A stretch of DNA of 64,000 bases from an uncultured Pseudomonadota bacterium (GTDB lineage Bacteria; Pseudomonadota; Alphaproteobacteria; JACZXZ01): positions 128,001 to 192,000 of the forward strand of contig CAVVLJ010000020.1 in NCBI GenBank assembly GCA_963749075.1. Direction: 5' to 3'. Positions 8,781 through 19,087 of the stretch are shown piece by piece; within the stretch, counting starts at the first letter, position 1; each line of letters begins with the position of its first letter. A program made the translations under genes and the position numbers. The notes beneath the pieces are model-generated. The model made no database searches. It saw only the letters and a list, made by a program, of their open reading frames with translations, and had not been told where the DNA came from.

Positions 8781-11457
8781 CTATGTTCCGTCCAATATCC
8801 GCCGCAGCGTCCGCGCCAGCTCGTTCCTGCGATAGGGTTTGGTGATGAGATGCGCGCCGAGAGCCGCGAGCTTGTCGCGCGACACGGTCGGGCTGGCGAA
8901 GCCGGTGGTGAACAGTATCTTGATCCTCGGGTTGCGCTCGCGCAGCTCGCGCCCGAGGGCAGCACCATTGAGCCGGCCGGGCATGACGATGTCGCTGAAG
9001 AGGAGATCGTAGCCGCTGTCGCGCGCGAAGAGCTCGAGTGCTGCGTCGGCGTTGGCGGCGGCGGTCACCTTGTAGCCGAGCTTCCTCAGCATCGCCTCGC
9101 CCATCTTGCGGATCTGCGGGTTGTCCTCGACGTAGAGCACGCGCTCGCTGCCGGTCGGATCGGACGAGCGCGCGTCCTCCTGCGGCTCGGCCGCGTCGCC
9201 GTCGTCGATCGCGCGCGGCAGATAGAGCCGGACGGTGGTCCCCTTGCCCTGCTCGCTGTAGAGCCGCACGGTTCCCCCCGTCTGCTTGGCGTAGCCGAAG
9301 ACCATGCTGAGGCCGAGGCCGGTCCCCGCACCCTGTGCCTTGGTCGTGAAGAACGGCTCGAAGGCGTGCGCCATGACTTCCGGCGTCATTCCGGTGCCGC
9401 TGTCGGTCACCGCGACGACGACGTAGTCTCCGGCATCGAGCTCGTCGTTCTGGCGCGCCTGGTCCTCCTCGACGGTGGCGTTGCGGCAGTCGATCCTCAC
9501 GGTGCCGCCGTAGGGCATGGCGTCGCGCGCGTTGACCGCGAGGTTGAGCACGGCGCTCTCGAGCTGCACCGCGTCGGTCATCACCGGCCACACGTCGCTC
9601 GCGATGCTGCTCTCGATGCGCACCTGCTCGCCGAGCGTGCGCTTGAGGAGCGGCAGGAAATCGTGGATGGCGCTGCGCAAGTCGGTGCGTGCCGGCTTGA
9701 GCGGCTGGCGGCGCGAGAAGGCGAGCAGGCGCTTGACGAGCTCGGCGCCGGCGAGTGCCGCATCGAGGGACGCGCGCGCGAAGCCGGCCGCGGTCTTGTC
9801 GTGCACCAGGCGCTCCTCGAGGAGATCGAGATTGCCGATCACGGCGCCGAGGATGTTGTTGAAGTCGTGCGCGAGACCGCCGGTGAGCTGTCCCACGCTC
9901 TCCATCTTCTGCGCCTGGGTGAGGCGCTCCTCGACGCGTTTGCGCTCGGTCACGTCCTCGAGCTCGAAGATGACGCCGTGGAGCGCGCCGCCGTCGCCGT
10001 AGACCGCGGCACCCGAGAACAGCACGTCGATCATGGTACCGTCCTTGCGCAGGTGGAGCATCTCGATGCCCTGCTGCAGGTCGCCGGCGAGTGCGCGCAT
10101 GAAAAGGCGGTCGAACGCCTCCTGCTCGTCGGGCGGCACGAGCGGATAGGGCCGCCCGATCGTCTCCTCGGCGCTGTAGCCGAAGATGCGCTCGGCGGCG
10201 CGGTTCCAGATGACGATGCGGCGGTTGGGCGCCAGGCAGACGATCGCCATCGGCGAGGCCTCGACGACGCGCTCGAGCATGATGCTGGCGCGCGCCAGCT
10301 CCGTCTCGGCGGTCTCGCACTCCTGCTTGGCGCGCACCAGCGCCTCGCTCGAGCGCGAGAGCTCGCTGTCGCGCGCCGCCGCCTCGCTCTCCGCCTGATG
10401 CCTGCGCCGGCCGTCGGTGAGGAGGTAGGCGACGAGAAGGAGGGTGAGCAGCAGGCCTGCCGCCGGAAGCGCCAGCGTGAGGGGGGAGTGCAGCCCGGCC
10501 ACGCTCGCGGCGGGGAATTCGAGCGTGAGCGTCCACGGCTGGCCGAACTCCCGGAAGGACTTGACGACGATCTCGCTGTTCGCGGCCGCGGCCGCGGCGT
10601 CGCTCGAGCCCGCGACGAAGCGCCTGAGCGAGGGGAGATAGAGGACGACGGGCGGCTCGTTCATGGACGGTGCTGCGTGCCGGCCCATGTAGACGCGCAG
10701 CGTGTCGTCCGCGAGCGGCGCATCGGCGGTCGCGGCATCGAGGGACGAGGCAAAGCGCAGCGAGGCCGCGACGAAGCCGGCCAATCTGGCGCGGCGCTCG
10801 CCCACGCTCGTCGGCGTGATGCCGCCCCGGTAGACCGGCAGGAAGACGACGTAGCTCGGCTGGGGATCGCTGCGCGAGCCGAGCATCAGGGGCTCGCTGC
10901 TCACCGCCTCGCCGGCGTTCGGCCGCCTGCATCATGGCGTCGCGGCGCGCCGGATCGGATGCGGCGTCGAGCCCGCGCTCGCTCACCGTGCCGTCGAAGG
11001 CGGCGTCGTAGAGCACGGGGAAATACTCGGAGCGCTCGTCGGCCGGCACGAGGTCGTCGCCCTTGCGCTCGACGACGCGGAAATCGGCGGCGCCCGCCGC
11101 GCGCTGAGCCGCCTCGAACTTCGCCAGCTCCTCGCGCGGCACGCGCGGCAGCCAGGCGAGCCGGTTGATCGGCGGATCCTCCTGGCGGGCGCGCAGGGCA
11201 AAGCGCTGGAAGTCGTCGCGCGCGATGTCGTGCCGGTTGTCGAGGAGGACGGCAAGCTGGTCGAGCGGCTTCACCAGGCTGCCGATGCGCTGCTGGATGT
11301 CGCGCGCGCGCAAATCCGCGCGCAGATCGAGCACCGTCCGCACGCGGCCGTCGTCGGCGCGGCGCAGCTGGTCGAAGGCGAGCCCCGACAACAGAATGCC
11401 GAGCGCCGCAATGATCCAGGGCGCGCCCCTCAGCGACAGAATCCTCGCCCGCCGCAA
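8781..11457 (-). CDS. CHASE-PAS hybrid sensor histidine kinase; +1 frameshift near 10918 (likely sequencing error)
   Basis: CHASE N-terminus (LAWLPRV, EYFPV) in one frame continues in another frame with PAS, AHDFNN, NARDAM, GTGLGL and a receiver domain. Confidence 0.85.
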
Positions 11458-11788
11458 AATCTGCCCCCTTTGCTCAAGCCGAGCCGGGTTTTGTTGGCCG
11501 CACTCGGCGCATTGTAGAGGAGATTACGGCTTTATCAACAATAACAAGTAGTTCTACCTGAAAATTGAGACTCCTCATGAGCCGAGTCCCAACCTCGTCC
11601 GGGCGGCCCCGCCCGGGCGCCCGAGTCGCGGGGCGGTTGGCGGCCAATTCCGGCGCTCCGGCAGGCAAATGCCGTCCGGGAAGGCGGCCCAAGCAGTGCC
11701 CCGGCCGGCGTTCGGCGCGCCGATCCGGCGGCGGGCCGCGACTCGGGGGCGGCCGGCCGCTCGCGACTCGGGCGGCTCCGGCGGCGCC

Positions 11789-12298
11789 TCAGGCTTCCGG
11801 ATAGGCGATCGTGGTGATGGTGAGTGCCGTCTCGCCGGCCGGCCGCCGCCAGGTCACCGTGTCGCCCGCGCGATGGCCGAGGAGAGCTTCGGCGAGCGGC
11901 GACTTGACGTTGATGAGGCCGCGCTTGGGATCGGCCTCGGTCGAGCCCACCAGCGTATAGCTCTGCGCGTTGCCGTCCTCGTCCTCGACGGTGACGCGGG
12001 CGCCGAAGGCAACGGTATCGGCATGCCCGCCGTGCTGCTGAGGGGCTACGACCACGGCGGCGCTGCGCCGCAGCTCGAGGATGCGCATCGTGCGCATGGC
12101 ACGCGCGAGGGCCAGCTTGTCCTCGGGCGAGGTGGCGCCGCGCAGCCGCGTGACCTCGGCGTGGGCGCCCGCGAGCGCTACCTTGAGGCGCTCGAAGCCG
12201 CCGGGGGTGAGCAGTACCTGACCCTCGATCTGGGGCAGGTTGAGCTCCTCGTCGGTCAGCTTGTCCTCGTCATCCTCTTTAACGAAGGCGCGGCTCAC
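11789..12298 (-). CDS. GreA/GreB family elongation factor (MSRAFVKE type)
   Basis: VAFGARV..YTLVG..EADP..SPLAEALLG..GD C-terminal Gre domain. Confidence 0.85.
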   Translation of the reverse strand: MSRAFVKEDDEDKLTDEELNLPQIEGQVLLTPGGFERLKVALAGAHAEVTRLRGATSPEDKLALARAMRTMRILELRRSAAVVVAPQQHGGHADTVAFGARVTVEDEDGNAQSYTLVGSTEADPKRGLINVKSPLAEALLGHRAGDTVTWRRPAGETALTITTIAYPEA

Positions 12299-12406
12299 GG
12301 CACCCCTCCCTCCCGAGGCAGGCTGCCGCCGGGGCAGCCTCGGCTTCGGCCCTAGCTTCCACCCGCGGTGGTGGCGGCGTCAACGGCGCTAAACCTGCGG
12401 TACGGG

Positions 12407-12463
12407 TGCGGCCCAGGGACTGTGGCCCAGGGATTGCGGCCCAGAGACTGCGGCCCTAGGGAC
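12407..12463. repeat. 14-bp imperfect tandem repeat x4 (TGCGGCCCAGGGAC)
   Basis: Units at 12407, 12421, 12435, 12449 in a divergent intergenic region. Confidence 0.85.
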
Positions 12464-12559
12464 CGCGAACCCGGCCGCGGCTTCCGGCGTCCGGGGCATT
12501 CATGGTAGCGTCCACGCCACGCGAGCTCGCTGCCGCGGCGGGGCTAAGGAGGATCACGG

Positions 12560-14290
12560 GTGAGGGGCACGGAGCGCACGGCGCCGACGGCGGCGGAGGC
12601 CTATGTGCGCGGCCTCGCCGAGCGCGGCATCGATTATCTCTTCGCCAATGCGGGCACCGATTTTCCGCCCATCATCGAGGCGCTGCAGCGCGCCGCCGAG
12701 GAGGCGACGCCGACGCCCAAGGCGCTCGCCATCCCGCATGAGAACCTGGCGATCGCCATGGCCTACGGCCATACCATGGTGTCGGGCCGGCCCCAGGCCG
12801 TGATGCTGCATGTCAACGTCGGCACCGCGAACGGCATCTGCGGGCTCCTCAATGCCGCGCGCGAGCGCATCCCGATGCTGGTGTCGGCCGGGCGCACGCC
12901 CTATAGCGAGACGGGGCACCCGGGCTCGCGCAGCCTCTTCATCCATTGGGCCCAGGAGATGTTCGACCAGGGCGCCATGCTGCGCGAGATCGTCAAGTGG
13001 GACTACGAGCTCAGGCTGCCCGACCAGGTGGCCCCGGCGCTCGACCGCGCGCTGGCGCTTGCCATGAGCGAGCCGCGCGGCCCGGTCTATATGACGCTGC
13101 CGCGCGAGGTGCTCGCCGCCGCGGCGCCGGCGAACGGTGCCGCCGTCCGGCTCTCGGCCGCCACGCGGGCGCCGGCACCTGCCGCCGCCGCCATCGCCGA
13201 GGCGGCGGCCCAGCTCGCGCGCGCCGAGCGGCCGCTCATCATCACCTCGAGCCTCGGCCGCGACACTGCTGCGGTGGCGGCGCTCGCGGCACTCGCCGAT
13301 GCCTGGGCCTTCCCGGTGGTGAGCCACATCGCCAAATCCCTCTGCCTGCCGAGCGACCACCCCATGCATCTCGGCTACGACCCGACGGCCCTCCTCAAGG
13401 AGGCGGACGCCGTGCTCGTCCTCGAGTGCGACGTGCCGTGGATTCCCGATCGCATGGCGCCGCCGGCGCAAGCCAAGGTGATCCATCTCGCGGTCGATCC
13501 CCTCTTCGTCCGCTATCCGATGCGCGGCTTTCCCTGCGACCTCGCGCTCGCCGGCGATCCCGCGAGCGGGCTCCGCATGCTGGGCGAGGCGCTCGCGGGC
13601 GAGGTGCCGCGCATGGCGGGCAGAATAGCAGCCCGCCGCGCGCGCCTGGGCGCCTTGCGCGCGGCAGCGGCAAGCGCCCTCGCGGCACTCCACGAGCGGG
13701 TGCGCCACGAGCGGCCGCTCCATCCCCTCCTCGTCTCGGCAGCGCTCGACCGGGCGAAGGGCGAGGACGCCATCGTGGTCAACGAGCTCGGTGCGGCCAT
13801 CGAGACGATGAGCTTCACGCGGCCCGGCAGCTATTTCGCGGCGAGCCCCGCGGGCGGGCTCGGCTGGGGCCTGGGGGCGGCACTCGGCGCCAAGCTCGCG
13901 GCACCCGAGCGCCTGGTCATCGCCACCATCGGCGACGGCTCCTACATGTTCGGCAATCCGACGCCGGCCCATTACGTGGCGCGCGCCTACGATCTCCCCG
14001 TGCTCTTCGTCGTCTTCAACAACGCGGGCTGGGCGGCGGTGCGCAAGGCGACCGAGGCAATGTATCCGGACGGGCTGAGCCGCCGCGCCAACCGCATGCC
14101 GCTCGCCACCCTCGAGCCCTCGCCCGCCTTCGAGAAGGTGATCGCGGCCTCGGACGGCTACGGCGAGCGCGTCGAGACGGCAGACGAGCTGGCACCCGCC
14201 TTTGCGCGGGCGCTCCACGCCGTCACGGTCGAGAAGCGCCAGGCCCTCCTCAACGTGATCTGCGGCATTCCCGCCGTGCGCCATTTCTGA
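12560..14290 (+). CDS. Thiamine pyrophosphate-requiring enzyme (acetolactate synthase-like)
   Basis: FANAGTDF, PHE, PRGPVY, GDGSY..NN TPP-binding motif. Confidence 0.9.
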   Translation: MRGTERTAPTAAEAYVRGLAERGIDYLFANAGTDFPPIIEALQRAAEEATPTPKALAIPHENLAIAMAYGHTMVSGRPQAVMLHVNVGTANGICGLLNAARERIPMLVSAGRTPYSETGHPGSRSLFIHWAQEMFDQGAMLREIVKWDYELRLPDQVAPALDRALALAMSEPRGPVYMTLPREVLAAAAPANGAAVRLSAATRAPAPAAAAIAEAAAQLARAERPLIITSSLGRDTAAVAALAALADAWAFPVVSHIAKSLCLPSDHPMHLGYDPTALLKEADAVLVLECDVPWIPDRMAPPAQAKVIHLAVDPLFVRYPMRGFPCDLALAGDPASGLRMLGEALAGEVPRMAGRIAARRARLGALRAAAASALAALHERVRHERPLHPLLVSAALDRAKGEDAIVVNELGAAIETMSFTRPGSYFAASPAGGLGWGLGAALGAKLAAPERLVIATIGDGSYMFGNPTPAHYVARAYDLPVLFVVFNNAGWAAVRKATEAMYPDGLSRRANRMPLATLEPSPAFEKVIAASDGYGERVETADELAPAFARALHAVTVEKRQALLNVICGIPAVRHF

Positions 14291-14342
14291 GGCACCGCCC
14301 TTTTCCGGGCAAGCTATTGGCGCAGCACGCGTTTCTGAGCCA

Positions 14343-14370
14343 CTTGATCGCCCTTCCAGGCGTTCTAAAT
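14343..14370 (+). promoter_or_regulatory. Putative RpoH (sigma32) promoter
   Basis: CTTG-N18-CTAAAT upstream of hsp20. Confidence 0.55.
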
Positions 14371-14435
14371 AATCATTCGTGGCAGTGCCCGCCGGGGCTG
14401 CCGCAGGACCGGGTGCCGGAAACGGACCCAAGCGG

Positions 14436-14469
14436 GCGACTCGCTCGTCAAAGAGGAGGTTGCTGGATG
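14436..14469 (+). ncRNA. ROSE-like RNA thermometer (3' hairpin)
   Basis: GCGAC-TCGCTC pairs with GAGGAGG-TTGC, occluding the SD; contains the U(U/C)GCU motif before a small heat shock gene. Confidence 0.65.
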
Positions 14470-14958
14470 TCGCGGCTCACGCTCTTCAACAGTCCGCTTA
14501 TGCTCGGCTTCGATCACTTCGAGCAGGCGCTCGAGCGGGTCTCCAAGGCGGCCGCCGACGGCTATCCGCCGTACAACATCGAGCAGACCGGCGACGACGG
14601 GCTCAGGATCACGCTCGCGGTCGCGGGCTTCGCCGAGTGCGAGCTCGCCATCCAGCTCGAGGACAACCAGCTCGTCATCCGCGGCAAGCAGAGCGAGGAG
14701 GAGGGCGAGCGCGTCTACCTCCACCGCGGCATCGCTGCGCGCCAGTTCCAGCGCAGCTTCGTCCTCGCCGACGGCATCGAGGTGGTACGCGCCCATCTCG
14801 AGAGCGGCCTCCTCCACGTCGAGCTGCGCCGCCCGCCCGCGGCGTGCCGCGTGCGCCAGATCAAGATCGAGGCGGGCAAGATCGAGGCGGCGGCCAAGCG
14901 CGCCGCGCGAAACAAGGCGGAAGCGATCGAGCTCGTGCCCGCCAAGAGCGAGTCCTAG
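14467..14958 (+). CDS. Hsp20 small heat shock protein
   Basis: GFD, YPPYNIE, LAVAGF, YLHRGIAARQFQRSF, GLLHVEL. Confidence 0.93.
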   Translation: MSRLTLFNSPLMLGFDHFEQALERVSKAAADGYPPYNIEQTGDDGLRITLAVAGFAECELAIQLEDNQLVIRGKQSEEEGERVYLHRGIAARQFQRSFVLADGIEVVRAHLESGLLHVELRRPPAACRVRQIKIEAGKIEAAAKRAARNKAEAIELVPAKSES

Positions 14959-15006
14959 GAGAGCCGGCCTAAGGAGGCGGCCTTCGGGACGGAAGGAGCA
15001 AGTGTG

Positions 15007-15225
15007 ATGTCCGATGCGTTCGTCAATCCCCGCACGATCACGCCCCAGGAGCTCTATGTCCTGGGCGTGCAGCACCTCGCCTATGTCAAGCAGGTCTCCG
15101 AGGACGGTATGGAGGGCTACGCCGCCTTTGCCGCCGACGGCACCAAGCTCGGCGTCATGGCCTCGCGCGAGCTCGCCTTCGCCGCCCTGCGCCAGCACGA
15201 CCTCGAGCCCGTGAGCGTGCACTGA
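15007..15225 (+). CDS. DUF1150 family protein
   Basis: LG..LAYVK..AADG..A..QHDLEPVSVH; usual position after hsp20. Confidence 0.85.
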   Translation: MSDAFVNPRTITPQELYVLGVQHLAYVKQVSEDGMEGYAAFAADGTKLGVMASRELAFAALRQHDLEPVSVH

Positions 15226-15231
15226 GGAGAT

Positions 15232-15270
15232 CCCTCTCCTCCTTCAGGAGGAGGGCAGGGTGAGGAGGCC
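15232..15270. repeat. CCCTCTCC/GGAGAGGG-family REP-like palindrome
   Basis: CCCTCTCCTCCTTCAGGAGGAGGGCAGGGTGAGG, near-identical to the 43963 copy. Confidence 0.7.
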
Positions 15271-15397
15271 CTCGCTCCAAAAACCGGCCAGCTGGAGAGG
15301 GGCCTACGCCGCGCGGCTCTCATCTCCCCGTTGCAATCGCGGGCGCGCGAGCGCACCTTGAACGCGCGTCTCGGCCGTGCGTCAGGGGGAGCGGGGA

Positions 15398-18300
15398 GTG
15401 GCCTCGGCCTTCGCGACCTACCTTGAGGAGATGGGCGCCATCAGGCGCCACGGCGCCTCGCCCGAGACCTCCTACTACACGCCGCTCCAGAACCTCATCA
15501 ACGAGCTCGGCCGGCAGCTCAAGCCCAAAGTGCTCTGCGTCGGGCAAATCCCCGGTGCCGGCGCCGGGACGCCCGACTTCGGTCTCTACACGCTCTCCCA
15601 GCTCGGCCGTGGCAAGCCGCACGGCCGCGATCTCAGCCCCACGCTGCCGCCCGACCGCGGCGTCATCGAGGCGAAGCCGCCCGAGCGCGATTTCGACGGC
15701 ATCGTGCGGAGCGAGCAGGTGCGGCGCTATTGGGAGCGCTACGGCCTCGTGCTCGTCACCAACTACCGGTGCTTCCTTCTCGTCGGCCGCGACGAGGCCG
15801 GGCGCGACGTCGAGCTCGAGCACATCGAGGTGGCGCCCGACGCCGAGGCCTTCTGGGAGCTTTGCGCCCATCCCGGCCGCGCGCGCAAGGACATCGCACG
15901 GCGCGTCGAGGAGTTCGTCCGCCGCGTACTGCTCCATCGCGCCGTGCTGACGCAGCCCAAGGACGTGGCGTGGTTTCTCGCGTCCTATGCGCGCGACGCG
16001 CTGGCGCGCGTTGAGGCGGAGCCCGATCTCCCGGCTTTCCTCCAGCTCAAGGAGGCGCTCGAGGAGGCGCTCGGCATGGCCTTCGACGACAAGCGGGGCG
16101 CCCACTTCTTCCACTCGACGCTCGTCCAGACGCTTTTCTACGGCGTGTTCTCGGCCTGGATCCTGTGGTGCAAGACGGACGCGGACCCCGCCAAGCGCCA
16201 GCCCTTCAACGACAGGACCGCCGCCTGGCACCTCCGTCTCCCGGTGCTGCAGCAGCTCTTCCACGCCGTCAACGATCCGTTTCTCTTGGGCCGGCTCAAG
16301 CTCCAGGAGCTCGTCGAATGGGCCGCGATGACCTTGCGGCGCGTCGACGAGAAGGCGTTCTTCGCGCGCTTCCAGGACGAGCACGCGGTGCAATACTTCT
16401 ACGAACCCTTCCTCGAGGCCTTCGACAGCGAGCTCCGCAAGAGCCTCGGTGTCTGGTACACGCCGCCCGAAGTCGTCGACTATATGGTCGAGCGGGTGGA
16501 CAGCGTGCTGCGCGAAGAGCTCGCCATCGCCGACGGCCTTGCGGACAACCGCGTCTTCGTGCTCGACCCCTGCTGCGGCACCGGCTCCTATCTCGTCGCG
16601 GTCTTGAGGCGCATCGAACGCACGCTGCGCGCCAAGGGCGAGGATGCCCTCGTGGCGGCGGAGCTCAAGCGCGCCGCGATGGAGCGCGTCTTCGGCTTCG
16701 AACTCCTCCCCGCTCCCTTCGTGGTGGCGCACTTCCAGCTCTCCCTTCTCCTCGAGCAGCTCGGCGCCCCGCTCGGCCGCCACCTCCACCACGGCACCGA
16801 GATGGCCGAGCGCGCCGCGGTTTATCTGACCAACGCGCTCACCGGCTGGGGTCCGCCGCCCGCAGGCGCGCACCAGCTCCATCTCCTGGCGGGCCTCCAG
16901 GAGGAGGCCGATTACGCGCGCGAGGTGAAGCGCGAAAAGCCCATCATCGTCGTGCTCGGCAATCCGCCCTATAACGGGTTTGCCGGGGTCGCCGTCGCGG
17001 AGGAGCGCCAGCTGAGCGCCGTCTACCGGAGCGTCAAGCGCGTGCGACCGCCCGAGGGCCAGGGCCTCAACGACCTCTACGTGCGCTTCTTTCGTATGGC
17101 CGAGCGGCGCATCGTGGAGCAGTCCCAACGCGGCATCGTCTGCTTCATCTCGAACTATTCCTGGCTCGACGGACTCTCCTTCACCGGCATGCGCGAGCGC
17201 TACCTCGAGGTTTTCGATAAGATATGGATCGACAATCTCCATGGTGACCGGATTATCTCGGAGGTTGCACCGGATGGACGCGCAAGTGAAACCGTCTTTG
17301 CGATCGGAGGTAAGTCTCCCGGTATCAAGGTCGGGACCTCGGTCAGTTTGTTCGTTCGCAAAGAACGTGCGTCGCCCGTGGAGGGCATGCTCTATTATCG
17401 CGACCTACACCAATCACACGCTGCCGAGCGACGTGTGGCGCTGTTGAAGTCTGCGCACGAGACTCCGGATAATGCGTACCGGCCGCTTCGACCGGCACCC
17501 GAACTTGGCCTGCCCTTCAAGATACGACACATCGCCGGCTCCTACTTGGAGTGGCCGCATGTGTTTGCACTTTTCCCTGTGTCATTTCCCGGCATCAAGA
17601 CAAGCCGAGACGAAGCCCTCGTGGACATCGATCATTGGCGCCTGATGCGGCGCATGGAGCGTTATTTCGACGACCAAGTCTCCAACGAGAGCATCGCGCA
17701 AGCAGACCCAGGCTTGATGAGAGATACGGGCGCGTTCGACGCTAAAGCCACGCGAGAGATCTTGATAGCTCGCGGCTTTCTCGAGGAGAACGTCGTCCGA
17801 TATTATTACCGCCCTTTCGATGTCCGATGGCTCTATTGGGAGTCCGAAACCAAGCTTCTCGACCGCAATCGCGCCGACTACTTCTCGCAGATACGCGAGG
17901 GTAATCTTTGGCTGAGCGCAGGCAACCGGAACCGCAGGGACGTGTTCTATAGGCCGCAGGTTACGGCGCGGCCAGCCGATCATCACGTCGTCGAATCGAA
18001 CGTCGCGATGTTCCCGCTCTATGAGCGCGGGCACGTGGCGGGGAACGGCCTTTCCCATGGCAAAGCATCGGAGTGGAAGCCGAACGTTCCCTCATCAGTG
18101 CAAGCCGTGCTCGATGGATTCGGGGCCGACGCGTCTGACCTCTTCATGCACGTGATCGCGATCCTACATGCCTCAGCCTACGAGTCCGACAATATAGGTC
18201 CCCTCCGCCAAGATTGGCCACGCATACCGCTGCCGGCGAAGCGCGAGGCGCTCCTCCTCGCCTCGGCGACGCTCGGACGCCAGGTCGCGGCCTTGCTCGA

Positions 18301-18844
18301 TCCCGAGACGCCTGTCGACGGCGTTACGGCCGGCAATCTCAGGGCCGAGCTCGTGCCGATTGGGCTGGTCAGCCATCGCGACAGGGGCAGCCTCGGTGCG
18401 CGCGAGCTCGAGCTCGACGCCGGCTGGGGCCATGCCGGCCAGGGCGGGGTCACCATGCCCGGCCGCGGCATCATCGAGGCGCGCCCCTACATCGCCGAGG
18501 AGCGGCGCGCCATCGCCAAGGGTGCCGAGGCGCTCGGCCTGAGCTTCGAGGAGGCGCTCGCCTGCCTCGGCAGCGAGACCTGCGACGTTTATTTGAACCG
18601 CGTGGCGTACTGGCGCTCCATCCCCCGGCGCGTCTGGGACTACACGCTCGGCGGCTACCAGGTGATCAAGAAGTGGCTCTCCTACCGGGAGCATGCCCTC
18701 CTCGGCCGCGCGCTCACCCTTGACGAGGCCCGCCATGTGACCGCCATGGCTCGGCGCATCGCCGCCCTCCTCCTCCTCGAGCCCAGGCTCGACGCCAACT
18801 ACCGCGCCACGGCGGCGGACGCGTATCCATGGCCGAAGGCGTGA
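15398..18844 (+). CDS. Single-chain restriction-modification enzyme (Type IIG-like: nuclease, N6-adenine MTase, Type ISP-like C-terminus)
   Basis: PDFG..IEAK nuclease-like motif, YEPFL..GVWYTP, LDPCCGTG motif I, GNPPY motif IV, C-terminal WDYTLGGYQVIKKWLSYR; no helicase motifs. Confidence 0.88.
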   Translation: MASAFATYLEEMGAIRRHGASPETSYYTPLQNLINELGRQLKPKVLCVGQIPGAGAGTPDFGLYTLSQLGRGKPHGRDLSPTLPPDRGVIEAKPPERDFDGIVRSEQVRRYWERYGLVLVTNYRCFLLVGRDEAGRDVELEHIEVAPDAEAFWELCAHPGRARKDIARRVEEFVRRVLLHRAVLTQPKDVAWFLASYARDALARVEAEPDLPAFLQLKEALEEALGMAFDDKRGAHFFHSTLVQTLFYGVFSAWILWCKTDADPAKRQPFNDRTAAWHLRLPVLQQLFHAVNDPFLLGRLKLQELVEWAAMTLRRVDEKAFFARFQDEHAVQYFYEPFLEAFDSELRKSLGVWYTPPEVVDYMVERVDSVLREELAIADGLADNRVFVLDPCCGTGSYLVAVLRRIERTLRAKGEDALVAAELKRAAMERVFGFELLPAPFVVAHFQLSLLLEQLGAPLGRHLHHGTEMAERAAVYLTNALTGWGPPPAGAHQLHLLAGLQEEADYAREVKREKPIIVVLGNPPYNGFAGVAVAEERQLSAVYRSVKRVRPPEGQGLNDLYVRFFRMAERRIVEQSQRGIVCFISNYSWLDGLSFTGMRERYLEVFDKIWIDNLHGDRIISEVAPDGRASETVFAIGGKSPGIKVGTSVSLFVRKERASPVEGMLYYRDLHQSHAAERRVALLKSAHETPDNAYRPLRPAPELGLPFKIRHIAGSYLEWPHVFALFPVSFPGIKTSRDEALVDIDHWRLMRRMERYFDDQVSNESIAQADPGLMRDTGAFDAKATREILIARGFLEENVVRYYYRPFDVRWLYWESETKLLDRNRADYFSQIREGNLWLSAGNRNRRDVFYRPQVTARPADHHVVESNVAMFPLYERGHVAGNGLSHGKASEWKPNVPSSVQAVLDGFGADASDLFMHVIAILHASAYESDNIGPLRQDWPRIPLPAKREALLLASATLGRQVAALLDPETPVDGVTAGNLRAELVPIGLVSHRDRGSLGARELELDAGWGHAGQGGVTMPGRGIIEARPYIAEERRAIAKGAEALGLSFEEALACLGSETCDVYLNRVAYWRSIPRRVWDYTLGGYQVIKKWLSYREHALLGRALTLDEARHVTAMARRIAALLLLEPRLDANYRATAADAYPWPKA

Positions 18845-19087
18845 TTGCTCAGAGGATCAGTACTCGATTTGGCGCCGGCCGCACGCTACCTGACTCAAGG
18901 TTCTGATACAGCTGCATTTTTTGATTCTGGCTGATAGCCTCTCTACAGGGCGCCCAATAGCCTTTTTACAGCGCCACGCGAATGCCTCGCCGGACGGTTG
19001 CTCGCGGTATCAACACAGTCGCTTTGGGCCCGGGCGAGCCGCGCCTGAGCCGGCGCGACCCTCAATCGGAAGGCGTCGGTGCCATTG

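Noticed and set aside
7552-11457. 1301-aa CHASE-to-EAL fusion ORF
   Set aside because: The middle ~700 codons are an off-frame shadow of the kinase, exposed by one frameshift; REC-EAL has its own SD and ATG at 8769
11600-11785. c-di-GMP riboswitch near the kinase/EAL locus
   Set aside because: GGCAAA and GC hairpins are present, but the GAAA tetraloop and GCAAAG elements are missing and the orientation does not fit
15398-18844. Full Type ISP or BREX system
   Set aside because: No helicase/ATPase motifs in the protein and no brx partner genes
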